A stretch of 64,000 nucleotides of DNA from a virus (Duplodnaviria; Caudoviricetes). Shown piece by piece: positions 28,729-38,425 of the stretch (within the stretch, counting starts at the first letter, position 1; each line of letters starts with the position of its first letter). Made by a program: the position numbers and the translations under genes. The stretch spans positions 1 through 64,000 of IMG/VR virus record IMGVR_UViG_3300033121_001394. One strand, written 5' to 3'. The notes beneath the pieces were generated by a model, which ran no database searches, was not told the DNA's origin, and saw nothing but the letters and a program-made list of their open reading frames with translations.

Positions 28729-29742
28729 ATGAATAAACCAGAAACGAATGATATTGAGCGTCAAATATGCACAGATTATGAAAACTTTGAGATTTCTATT
28801 AAAGAAATATCTAAAAAATTTAAGGTACATAGTTTTTTTATTTATCAGACTTTGCAAAAATACAATATACCTAGAAGAAGAGTGGCCGCAGGCTGTTCAC
28901 AAAATACTGTTTATAAAGTGCCAAGAGATGATCATCCGTTGATAATTGAAAAATATAAAAGGGGTGCTAGTTTAAAAGAAATAGGACAAAAATACGGAGT
29001 TACCGAATCTTGTATTTCAATTATTATAAGAACTTATGGTGTACAAGGACGAACTCGCAAATATCGTTTAAAAGAAAATTTTTTTGAAACTATCAATTCT
29101 GAAGAAAAGGCTTATTTTCTTGGATTTTTATTTGCTGACGGGCATAATAACACTCAGAAAAAACAAATTAGTTTACAATTAGCGTGTAAAGATAAAGAAA
29201 TTTTAGACCAATTTAACAAGATCATTTATCTAGATGAAAAACCTTTGTATTTTCGTAAAGGCAAAGCGGTTTTGATAAAAGGTAAACCGGCTAATCGCAC
29301 TGATTCTTATTGTTTGGAAATTAATTCTACAAAAATATCAGATGATTTAGCACATCTTGGTTGCGTAAGACAAAAGACAATTAAATGTTTCCCTCCAACA
29401 CTTAAATTAGAATTTTTTAAACATTTTTTAAGAGGTTATTTTGATGGGGATGGGTGTCTGTGTATTCCAAAAATAGAATTTAATAGAGGAGGTGCGATAC
29501 AAATTGCTGTAAACAAACCTTTTGGATTGGAAATTATTAAAGAATTATCTAAATATTTAGACATCAATATACATTTATATCAATCTTCTCACAAAAATAT
29601 GCTATATTATATAACTATTGGTGGCATACATCAAATTAAAAAATTTATGGATTTCATTTATCAAGATGCACAATTTTTCTTGAAACGTAAGAAGGAAAAA
29701 TACGAGGAGTTTAATAGATTATATGAAGCACACTGTCATTGA
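28729..29742 (+). mobile_element. Free-standing LAGLIDADG homing endonuclease with N-terminal HTH repeats, directly upstream of dnaE piece 3
   Basis: Two helix-turn-helix-like units (SIKEISKKF; SLKEIGQKY), AYFLGFLFADGH and FLRGYFDGDGCL; no intein blocks. Confidence 0.85.
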
Positions 29743-31315
29743 TTACAAAGATGAAAAAACATGGGATCTCCTATGTTCCGGTGCGACTAAAAATGTTTTT
29801 CAGTGTGAAAGTAGACTTTTGCAACATTGGCTTAAAAAAATAAAACCTAGGAATTTATGGGAATTATCTATTGTCTTAAGCCTTATTAGACCCGGTTGTC
29901 TTACCACAAATATTATTGATGATTATCTTGGTTACAGAAATAAAACAAAAGAATTTGAATCAATACATCCAGTTGTTGATGAGATATTAAAAACCACAGA
30001 CCATTCAATGGTCTTTCAAGAAAGTTTAATGTTGATTGGTGCTAAACTTGCATGGCCCCATTTGCCTGACAAAGAACGATCGTTAAAGGTGGATGAACTT
30101 AGAAAGGCTGTAGGTAAAAAGAATCAGGAAAAGATTCTTAAGATTGGTAAGGAATTCGTAGAAGGTTGTTTAGTTAATAAAGTTGATCAAGATGTTGCAG
30201 ACAAACTATTTGAGATTATTAAATCCTGCGGTCGATATCTTTTTAACCTTTCTCATGCGTTTGCTTATGCAGTGAAGGCTTACGAAACCGCATATCTTAA
30301 GGCTAATTATCCATTACAATCCCTTGCTGTGTACTTAAGTTATGCCCAATTTAAACAGGCTCATAAAAAAGAGGGTAAAACTTTCGGTGGTAAATGGAAC
30401 GAGATTGAAGAAATCGTGAATGAGGGCCGGAAGTACCTTAGCGTGGAACTCCTCGCCCCTAATATTAATTCTAAAAATGAGAATTTTGCAATAGAGAATG
30501 GGGCAATTCGGTATGGTTTAGGTCATATTAAGTACTTTGGTAATAGTATAGATAAAGTTAAGAAGTTGCCTCGGATTGATAAATGGCAGCAAGTATTGCT
30601 GTTGCTTTGTACTGATAGATTTGGTTTTAAACTTAAAGCAACTACTGGCGAAGCCCTTATTAAAACTGGCTGCTTCGCAGACACTAAGGTTAGTAGGTCC
30701 GACCTACTAACCGCTTATACATTGGCGGCAAGCCTAACTGAACGAGAGATGGAAAAATTAGCCGACTTGTTAGAAAATAATTCCGACCAACCAATAACCT
30801 CTTTAAAAGATTTACTTACAAACGTGGTAAGTATAGCCACCAAAAGAAGAAAAGAAACTTTAGAAGATGAAATTAAACTTCTAAAACTCAACCAATTCGA
30901 CAATCCCCAATGGGTAGAACAGGTTGAAAAACACTATATGGGCCTGCCCATTAATACTACCGCTCTTGATAATATCTCTGAACAAGCCGGTTATGGTTGT
31001 CAAGACTTACATGATAGTTTGCCCCTTTATACCACTCGTCAGATTCATGTTATTATCGATGAGGTAAAGACTACAGTTACTAAAACTGGGAAAAACCCCG
31101 GTCAAGAGATGTGCTTTGTAACGGGGCACGATGCTACGGGTAAGGTTGATCGCTTACCCATTTTCCCTGAATTGTATGCCACCCTAAAAGATGATCTATT
31201 TCCCCCACAAATGTTTTGCTTAACAGTACATAAAGGTAAGGGCGGCTGGTTTGTTAAAGAAGGATATAAACTTGACACCACTAGAGATTCTGGAAAAATG
31301 CAATTATCTAATTAA
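29723..31315 (+). CDS. dnaE: DNA polymerase III alpha, piece 3 (fingers, HhH, OB)
   Basis: TWDLLCSG..VFQCES, LIRPG, VFQESLM, LRKAVGKK, FNLSHAFAY, PNIN.S, IRYGLGHIK, C-terminal OB region. Confidence 0.9.
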   Translation: MKHTVIDYKDEKTWDLLCSGATKNVFQCESRLLQHWLKKIKPRNLWELSIVLSLIRPGCLTTNIIDDYLGYRNKTKEFESIHPVVDEILKTTDHSMVFQESLMLIGAKLAWPHLPDKERSLKVDELRKAVGKKNQEKILKIGKEFVEGCLVNKVDQDVADKLFEIIKSCGRYLFNLSHAFAYAVKAYETAYLKANYPLQSLAVYLSYAQFKQAHKKEGKTFGGKWNEIEEIVNEGRKYLSVELLAPNINSKNENFAIENGAIRYGLGHIKYFGNSIDKVKKLPRIDKWQQVLLLLCTDRFGFKLKATTGEALIKTGCFADTKVSRSDLLTAYTLAASLTEREMEKLADLLENNSDQPITSLKDLLTNVVSIATKRRKETLEDEIKLLKLNQFDNPQWVEQVEKHYMGLPINTTALDNISEQAGYGCQDLHDSLPLYTTRQIHVIIDEVKTTVTKTGKNPGQEMCFVTGHDATGKVDRLPIFPELYATLKDDLFPPQMFCLTVHKGKGGWFVKEGYKLDTTRDSGKMQLSN

Positions 31316-31736
31316 ATATTTTTATAATGAAGGAGACAATCATGCTATATTACATCTTCTCTTAGATAAACAAAAAATATATAAGTTTACCTATGAAAAC
31401 GGGGAGTTTAAAACAAATTATCAAGATATAACTATTAAATGTCCTAAATATGCTTCGCTTGCTTACCTATCATTTTTTATACAAGAAATTTGTAAGGAAG
31501 AAGAATATCCAGCGTTCCGCATTAAGAAATTATTTAATAACAATCCTTCAAACCTAATAAGGTTCTTAGATACGTCCGAAGAAGAAACTTTGCAAAGTAT
31601 GTATCTACAGGATTTATTGGATGAATATAGTCGTTATGGTTTACGCAAAAATATTATAGAAAAAGCCAAAATGGTAGAAATTACCGATGGGCTATATCCG
31701 CTAGTTGGGCACCATCTGGGAGTTACAATCTCATGA
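31251..31736 (+). CDS. Hypothetical protein
   Basis: Lies between dnaE piece 3 and the sigma factor; start uncertain. Confidence 0.5.
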   Translation: MLKKDINLTPLEILEKCNYLIKYFYNEGDNHAILHLLLDKQKIYKFTYENGEFKTNYQDITIKCPKYASLAYLSFFIQEICKEEEYPAFRIKKLFNNNPSNLIRFLDTSEEETLQSMYLQDLLDEYSRYGLRKNIIEKAKMVEITDGLYPLVGHHLGVTIS

Positions 31737-32320
31737 TTCTAGCCCAAATACAAAAATATGATAGGCTAATTAAGAGAGTAGCCAAAGAAACCATTCAAAA
31801 ATACAAATCCTCTATTTTAGATGAGGAAGATTTATATGCCGAAGGCTGTTTAGTTTTAGATAAAATTCTGGCAAGTTATAAGGAAGAAAAGGGTTCAAAG
31901 GTTAATTACATCATTCATTGCTTACGAAACGAATTTTCTGAATTAATAAATAAGCATACTAATAATGTCGCCCTTTCGAAACGTGGAGTTTACTTACTTA
32001 CTCAATATAGGCTCTTATGTAAAACTAAAAATATTGAAGATATTGCTAAAGAATTGGGCACAACAGAGGGGTACTTAAGAAAACTAATAGGTTTATCCAC
32101 AAGAAAAGATCTTGCCCAAGCATATAAAGTAGAGAATCTTGATTACAATATAGATAAAACCACATTTTTATCAAAAAATGATGAATTTCTCTTGAATTTT
32201 TACTTAGGCGGTCATACAATTAAAGAAATCGCTAAAAGATTGGGTCGATCTGATGAATCAACTCGATTAGAATTAAAGAAGATTTTCAATAAATTGAAGA
32301 TCTATTGGAAAGAAGTATGA
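31733..32320 (+). CDS. Sigma-70-family RNA polymerase sigma factor (alternative, SigF/FliA-size)
   Basis: Region 2 (YDRLIKRVA..EDLYAEG..YKEEKG), region 3 (IEDIAKELG), region 4 HTH (TIKEIAKRLGRS). Confidence 0.75.
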   Translation: MILAQIQKYDRLIKRVAKETIQKYKSSILDEEDLYAEGCLVLDKILASYKEEKGSKVNYIIHCLRNEFSELINKHTNNVALSKRGVYLLTQYRLLCKTKNIEDIAKELGTTEGYLRKLIGLSTRKDLAQAYKVENLDYNIDKTTFLSKNDEFLLNFYLGGHTIKEIAKRLGRSDESTRLELKKIFNKLKIYWKEV

Positions 32321-33972
32321 GTAAGAAACGTGTCCTTTTTGTAAATGAGTTTTCCGAACTCTCTACTGGCTTTGCTACTTATGGGCATTATGTAATTCCC
32401 GAATTATATAAGACGGGCAAATATGAAATTGCTGAGATCGGTGTTTACGCCAGCAAAGCCCACCCTAAAATTGGCAATGTCCCTTGGAAAGTATATCCTA
32501 ATGAACCCGATCCAAATAATATTGAAGAACAAAAGATATACGCCCAAAATAAAATTAATCAATTTGGTCTATGGAGATTTAATGAGGCGGCACTTGATTT
32601 CAAGCCCGATTTTACGATCTCAATTTCTGACGTTTGGATGAATGAATGGATTCATCAAACACCCTATCGTAATAATTTTAAACATCTTCAAATGGTTACT
32701 TGTGATGGTGAGCCTCAAAAAGATGAGTGGTTACGCAGTTACAAGAACAACGATGTTTTATTAACGTATTCCTATTGGGCTAAAAATTTAATAGAAAGAG
32801 TAAGTAATGGGCGAACAAAAGTACGAGATGTTGCTTCGCCCGGTACTGATATCCATATCTTCCGCCCACAAGATAAAGTTAAATTGCGTGAAAGATTTGG
32901 TATTAAAGGGGATGTTTTTATTATACAAACGGTTATGAGGAATCAGCCCCGTAAACTGTTCCCCGAACTTATGAAGGCGTTTAACGCCTTTTTGGAACTC
33001 TGCCGTGCTAACGGTCGTGACGATATCGCCCAAAAGACTTATCTTCACCTTCATACTACTAATCCTGATATGGGTTGGGACTTACCCAAGGAAATCCGCA
33101 ATCACGGATTGGGTCACAAGGTAATTTTTACCTATATGTGCGATAACTGTAAAGCCTTTTACCCTTCTTTCTACCAAGGTGATCGTACTATATGTCGTCA
33201 CTGTCATCAATCAAGTTTACGACTTCCTAATACTGCTGTGGGCTTAGAGAGAGAACAACTTGCAGATATTATGGCAATGCCTGATTTGTATATTCAGTAT
33301 AGTTGCTCAGAAGGTTTTGGGCTTCCAATGAATGATGCTAAAGCCTGTGGTGTACCAGCAATGGCTACTGAGCATTCAGCAATGTGGGAGCAAGGGCACG
33401 CACCCGGTGGAATTCCAATCCCAGTTTCAAAACATGTTCAAGAATGTATTACGCAAACCAATCAATTAAGAGCTTGGCCTGATAATGAGGCTACTGCCCA
33501 ATTATTCTACAAATTCTTTACGGCTACGCCGGAGTACAGAGCTAAATTAGGACAAGAGGCTAGAGACTGGGTTGTTAAACAGTACTCTTGGCCTAATATT
33601 GCCAAAATCTGGGAAAATATTATTGACGAGACTCCTATCTTAGATCGTCGTCAAACTTGGGATGCCCCGCCCTATATTATTAAGAATTTGACTATGCCAA
33701 ACCAACAGTTATCTAATATTGACTTTGTCAAATGGGCACTAATTGATGTGCTTCGCAAACCCCGTATGTTCCATGATGTTGGGGGACGATTCGCTCAGAT
33801 TTTGGATCAGGGTTTTGAACCTCAGCAATTAGAAGATGGGCGAATGATGCATAAGCCATATAATCGTGAGAACTTTGTCCAATTCTTAGTGGGACAGATT
33901 AATCAACATAATATGTTAGAATCAATGCGTTGTGGACTTAATCAAACAACTTCGAAAGTGGTGAAGATTTAA
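32317..33972 (+). CDS. GT4-family glycosyltransferase with inserted CxxC..CxxC ribbon
   Basis: STGFA, VMRNQPRK, CDNC..CRHC, DLYIQYS.SEGFGLP..DAKACG. Confidence 0.85.
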   Translation: MSKKRVLFVNEFSELSTGFATYGHYVIPELYKTGKYEIAEIGVYASKAHPKIGNVPWKVYPNEPDPNNIEEQKIYAQNKINQFGLWRFNEAALDFKPDFTISISDVWMNEWIHQTPYRNNFKHLQMVTCDGEPQKDEWLRSYKNNDVLLTYSYWAKNLIERVSNGRTKVRDVASPGTDIHIFRPQDKVKLRERFGIKGDVFIIQTVMRNQPRKLFPELMKAFNAFLELCRANGRDDIAQKTYLHLHTTNPDMGWDLPKEIRNHGLGHKVIFTYMCDNCKAFYPSFYQGDRTICRHCHQSSLRLPNTAVGLEREQLADIMAMPDLYIQYSCSEGFGLPMNDAKACGVPAMATEHSAMWEQGHAPGGIPIPVSKHVQECITQTNQLRAWPDNEATAQLFYKFFTATPEYRAKLGQEARDWVVKQYSWPNIAKIWENIIDETPILDRRQTWDAPPYIIKNLTMPNQQLSNIDFVKWALIDVLRKPRMFHDVGGRFAQILDQGFEPQQLEDGRMMHKPYNRENFVQFLVGQINQHNMLESMRCGLNQTTSKVVKI

Positions 33973-35075
33973 TGGGTAAAAGCATAACTTATATTGGACC
34001 ATTCTATGATTCTACGGGTTACTGTGACGCTGCTAGTAAAACGACTTTATGTATTCAAAAAGCCGGATATGCTATACAAGCAAAAACAGTAAAACTTACT
34101 GGACAAAGAGTAGATGCTTATCCAGACATACAGAAATTAGAACTTGTCCGGCATAAGCCGGACATAGTCATTCAAAACTACCTTCCGCCTCTCATGGTTT
34201 ACCACGCCGGAGCAAAGAACATTGGTTATTTCTTTTGTGAAACTTCCCATTTCCGCCCTTCAAATTGGCAATATAATCTTAATTTAATGGATGAAGTTTG
34301 GGTTTGCTGTGATCAAAACATAGAGGCGGCTCAGCGTTCGGGAGTGACTAAACCTATTAAGAAAGTCCCCATTCCCTACGTGAATCCGTATTCAGAAGTC
34401 GTAGATCGTATGGATTTTGGTTTTCCAGAGGATACCTTTGTATTCTTTAATGTCGGAGACTTTTCCTATCGCAAGAATATTATGGGGCTTGTTGAAGCAT
34501 ATTTCCTATCTTTCACCAAATATGACAAGGTGGCCCTTATTCTAAAGTGTTACTGCGATGGTCAGCCTACGGCAAAATCCGTGGAGATAATTAAACATGA
34601 GATTAATAATCTTAAACGCCAATTAAAGAAACATAATGTAGATATTTATCCTCCTGTTTATCTTGTTGCCGAATACTTAGACGAAGTGGAACTTCAGAAA
34701 TTTCACAATGCCGGAGATTGTTTTATTTCTTTAGAACGCGGAGCGGCATGGAATCTCCCTTGCTATCAAGCAATGGGTGAGGGCAAGCCTGTTATAGTAG
34801 CAGGGGGTGGTGGGCAAACAGAATACCTTATAGGTGAAAAGGAAGGGGTAACACTATTAGATGGGGAAGTCGAATTTGTTAAGAATATGGCCCAGTGCCC
34901 CTATCCCGGTTTATATACTTGCCATGAGAAATGGTTTAATCCTTCAATTCAACATGCAGTATTTGCAATGCAAAGTGCGTATCGCACAGGTAAGGTTCGG
35001 TATAACCGGACAACTTGGTTGTCCAAATGGGATTTAGCGGGCTGTGCCTCTAAATTCAAGGAGGTTTTAGGTTGA
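33972..35075 (+). CDS. GT4-family glycosyltransferase
   Basis: STGYCDA, VGDFSYRKN, DCFISL.RGAAWNLPCYQAM. Confidence 0.8.
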   Translation: MGKSITYIGPFYDSTGYCDAASKTTLCIQKAGYAIQAKTVKLTGQRVDAYPDIQKLELVRHKPDIVIQNYLPPLMVYHAGAKNIGYFFCETSHFRPSNWQYNLNLMDEVWVCCDQNIEAAQRSGVTKPIKKVPIPYVNPYSEVVDRMDFGFPEDTFVFFNVGDFSYRKNIMGLVEAYFLSFTKYDKVALILKCYCDGQPTAKSVEIIKHEINNLKRQLKKHNVDIYPPVYLVAEYLDEVELQKFHNAGDCFISLERGAAWNLPCYQAMGEGKPVIVAGGGGQTEYLIGEKEGVTLLDGEVEFVKNMAQCPYPGLYTCHEKWFNPSIQHAVFAMQSAYRTGKVRYNRTTWLSKWDLAGCASKFKEVLG

Positions 35076-36073
35076 TTACCCGCGAATTATCAGTTATGAG
35101 GAGATTGTTGGATAATCCTCGTCGAAGGCTTAATATATTAACCCATGCTACACACGAAGGTTTTTCCGGTATGCTAGCAAGTATACCTCATAACTTTTAC
35201 ATGCTCTCAGGAGCGATCCAAGGAGGACCACCCTTCAAAAAGTGGGATTACCATACCCGCCCTATGCCCCCTAACCACTACATGTTTAATATTCCCGCAG
35301 AACATACCAAAGCGGATATAGAATTTGATCTTGTATTATGTCAAAATAGGTCAATGTATTATCCCTTCTTTTTTGCAGTAGCCGAAAAACTTAATATTCC
35401 CCTTATTGTTCTCGATCATACCGAACCACCGCCGGGGGCTAGTCAGCAGCAGTTGAATGGTATTAAACAATGGATTGGACATACTAACGTCTACATTACC
35501 GAACATAATAGAACAACTTGGGAAAATCCTAACGGCATCATAATTCCTCATGGAATTGACACCGAAGTGTTTAAGGGATATACAGGTGCCCTCCCAAGAG
35601 GCGTAACAATGGTAAATCAATTCCCAAGCCGCGATGTGTTCTGTGGGTGGGGTCTATACCAGAGCCTCTTAAAACAAATCCAATGCGATCTGGTGGGGGA
35701 CAACCCCGGATTGTCAAAATCCATCAAAGACCCAGTTGAGATTGCAAGTACTTTAGGACAATATAGATATTATCTTAATACTTCCCAACTTAGCCCAGTC
35801 CCCCTATCGGTTCTTGAGGCAATGGCAATTGGTCTTCCTATAGTTACCACTGCAAAGCAGGAGTTGCCAAAAATTATTCGGAATGGATATAATGGGTACA
35901 TTAGTAATGATCCAGAAGAACTTATTAAAGCTTGTCAGAAATTAGTAGCAGAACCAGAGTTGGCAAAAGAATTAGGGGCAAATGCCCGTAAAACAATAGA
36001 AGAGAAGTTCTCTTTACAGAACTTCGTGGAAAATTGGAATAATGTGTTCTATAATACCTTGGAGAAAATATGA
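35072..36073 (+). CDS. GT4-family glycosyltransferase
   Basis: IPHGID, YLNTS..SPVPLSVLEAMAIGLPIV, IRNGYNG. Confidence 0.85.
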   Translation: MITRELSVMRRLLDNPRRRLNILTHATHEGFSGMLASIPHNFYMLSGAIQGGPPFKKWDYHTRPMPPNHYMFNIPAEHTKADIEFDLVLCQNRSMYYPFFFAVAEKLNIPLIVLDHTEPPPGASQQQLNGIKQWIGHTNVYITEHNRTTWENPNGIIIPHGIDTEVFKGYTGALPRGVTMVNQFPSRDVFCGWGLYQSLLKQIQCDLVGDNPGLSKSIKDPVEIASTLGQYRYYLNTSQLSPVPLSVLEAMAIGLPIVTTAKQELPKIIRNGYNGYISNDPEELIKACQKLVAEPELAKELGANARKTIEEKFSLQNFVENWNNVFYNTLEKI

Positions 36074-36525
36074 AATTAAACTTTCAATGCGGGCAGGACT
36101 TTATAACTGGATGGAAAAACTATGATATGAATCCAGTGAATGCTGAAATTCAGCAGTTTGACTTTAGAAACTTTCAGCAATTAGGAATGAAGGATAATAC
36201 AGTTGATGAAATTAGACTTAACACATCCTTAGAACTCGTCCACTTTTCCCAAATAGGAAACTTGTTCACTCAATTTTATAACGCCCTACAGGTCGGAGGT
36301 AGCCTCTACCTCCAAGGTATTCATGCTGAACAACTTGCCAACACTTTAGCCTATGGCAATATATCTATTGAAGAGTTCAATCAGGTAGTTTATGGACATC
36401 CCCAGTTGCCCCACCGATCCTTGTATACTTTAAACCTAATAGAAAATATTATGGGGCAGATAGGGTTTAAGATTAAGCAAAAGGGGATTATAGGGCAAGC
36501 CTTCTATATAAGGATTACGAAGTGA
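36070..36525 (+). CDS. Methyltransferase-fold protein (degenerate motif I)
   Basis: KLNFQCG..GWKNYD..DNTVDEI..LE resembles the LNLGCG-type small methyltransferases found in glycan clusters. Confidence 0.55.
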   Translation: MKLNFQCGQDFITGWKNYDMNPVNAEIQQFDFRNFQQLGMKDNTVDEIRLNTSLELVHFSQIGNLFTQFYNALQVGGSLYLQGIHAEQLANTLAYGNISIEEFNQVVYGHPQLPHRSLYTLNLIENIMGQIGFKIKQKGIIGQAFYIRITK

Positions 36526-37223
36526 TTACGTCGGTAATAACTAATTTTAATCAGGGTAAATTTATTGAATCTGCCCTTAATAGTTTACTTGGGCAAACCA
36601 TGTTGCCTTCTGAGATTATAGTGGTAGACGATAAATCAACAGACAACTCAGTAGAATTAATAGAGAAATGTATAGGAAAATATACGGGGCCGATCCCGAT
36701 TCATTTTGTTAAAAGGGAAACCAACGGTAAGCCGGGAGGGGCAAGGAACTCTGCTATCAAAATAGCCAAGGGCGATATTATTACCTTCCTTGATATTGAT
36801 GATTACTATTACAAAGATAAGATTCAAAAATCAGTTGAGGTTCTTGAAAAGAATTCCGAAGTAGGATTAGTTTATTCCGATTATGATAAGACGGATTTAC
36901 GTACTGGAAAGTCGATGCGTGAATTTAAACATCCTTATGATTTTGCCCTTCTTTGGCAAACTTGTATTGTGAGTACTAATTCCGTAATAAGGGCAGAAGT
37001 ATTTAAAGAAGGTGTAGTCGGCCTATTTAATGAAAAATACCTAGTGGCTGAGGACTATGAAATGTGGCTTCGTATCGCCCGTAAATATATCCTTTGGCAC
37101 ATTCCAGAACCCTTATTTATGTATCGTCTGCACGGTGAAAATCTAACTATTAAGTATGGATATACAATGAATAAAGTAGTAGAAGAAATTAAAAGGAATT
37201 ATATTAATGAGCATTCAACTTAA
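36522..37223 (+). CDS. GT2-family glycosyltransferase
   Basis: ITNFNQG.FI..A, VVDDKSTDNS, ARN, FLDIDD, EDYEMW. Confidence 0.9.
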   Translation: MITSVITNFNQGKFIESALNSLLGQTMLPSEIIVVDDKSTDNSVELIEKCIGKYTGPIPIHFVKRETNGKPGGARNSAIKIAKGDIITFLDIDDYYYKDKIQKSVEVLEKNSEVGLVYSDYDKTDLRTGKSMREFKHPYDFALLWQTCIVSTNSVIRAEVFKEGVVGLFNEKYLVAEDYEMWLRIARKYILWHIPEPLFMYRLHGENLTIKYGYTMNKVVEEIKRNYINEHST

Positions 37224-37752
37224 TAGTGCAGCAGCCAAAGCCGCCAAACAATCCATCGTCCCTCTCTATAAATCACCCTTTCAATTTGGTATTTTCCTTA
37301 GTAAATTCAATCAGACCCAGATGGCTTTTGGCCTTTTGAAGAATTTAAACGAATTTTTTGGAAAACCCCAAAATATCGACATATACTTATATACGCTCGA
37401 ACATTCTTTACCCATAATTGTACCCCCCACCAGTTTATTTCAACGTCCTCATTTGGATAATCATGAGGGGTATTTAGTAGTTACCGATTATACTACGTGG
37501 CAACAGGCAATAAAAATTGATGGTGCAAAGGTTTTATTTTATGTTTATGACCTAATGTATCTATCGCTCTTACCAGCGAATCTTTTAGAAGAGATTCGAG
37601 CCGCAGGAACAGTATGTTTCTCTCATACAACCGCCCATAATAATATCTTAGAGAAGATGTTTAGATTTAAAGTACCAAATAAGGTATGTCACACTTTTAA
37701 TATTGAACAATTAATAGGAGTAGTACGTGAGCAAGACGCCAGAAGCAACTGA
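37207..37752 (+). CDS. Hypothetical protein (possible GT-associated fragment)
   Basis: End of the glycosyltransferase operon; Rossmann-like alternation, no firm motif. Confidence 0.4.
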   Translation: MSIQLNSAAAKAAKQSIVPLYKSPFQFGIFLSKFNQTQMAFGLLKNLNEFFGKPQNIDIYLYTLEHSLPIIVPPTSLFQRPHLDNHEGYLVVTDYTTWQQAIKIDGAKVLFYVYDLMYLSLLPANLLEEIRAAGTVCFSHTTAHNNILEKMFRFKVPNKVCHTFNIEQLIGVVREQDARSN

Positions 37753-38416
37753 AAGTTTAACACATCGTAGATTTAATGATCCCGAATGGACTGATTGGGT
37801 TTTGGATCAATTATGGGAGAATGAGTTTGTTGTCAAAGATGATGGCAAGCGTTATCCAAAGGCCGATGGATTACGTCGAGTGTTTCATAATGTAGTTGGC
37901 CCTATTATTTCTATGACTCGTAGTGTTGCTCAAGCACCAGCAGCGAGTATGGAAAATGATTATTCGGGTATAGCTACGATTAGAGTTTCTATTACTTATA
38001 GTTGCCCTGAAATTGCCGCAGGTATCTGTGTTTATGACGAAGTGGCCGATTGCTACGATGGAAATACAATCCGCCCATATTCATTACATCCGTCTGCAAC
38101 AGCATCTACAATGGCTGAAGGACGTGCTTTGCGAAAGATTATGAACCTAAAGGTTCTTACGATTGAAGAAATGTCTGCTCCACCCGGAGCAAATAAGCAA
38201 AGAGATTCTGCTCCTCCAATTAAGGAACATCAAAAGAATACTATTAAGACAATTTGTAAAAATATAGAAATTGATCCTGTTAAAGCAATTAAATATATTA
38301 TAGGAAAAGATGTTAAAGATCTTAATATTGAAGACGGTGCCCAAATTATTGGGGCACTTAGCGATTGGCAAATTAGTAAAAATGGGAAGTTTAATATCCC
38401 AGCAGATTTCAAATAA
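37727..38416 (+). CDS. Rad52/ERF-like single-strand annealing protein (putative)
   Basis: PKADGLRR, ATASTMAEGRALR, C-terminal helical unit. Confidence 0.5.
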   Translation: MSKTPEATESLTHRRFNDPEWTDWVLDQLWENEFVVKDDGKRYPKADGLRRVFHNVVGPIISMTRSVAQAPAASMENDYSGIATIRVSITYSCPEIAAGICVYDEVADCYDGNTIRPYSLHPSATASTMAEGRALRKIMNLKVLTIEEMSAPPGANKQRDSAPPIKEHQKNTIKTICKNIEIDPVKAIKYIIGKDVKDLNIEDGAQIIGALSDWQISKNGKFNIPADFK

Positions 38417-38425
38417 GGAGTTAGT

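Noticed and set aside
24100-29800. Split intein rejoining dnaE pieces 2 and 3
   Set aside because: Piece 2 ends in dnaE sequence plus a short acidic tail with no Cys/Ser block A; piece 3 starts directly with dnaE sequence, with no HN/C block.
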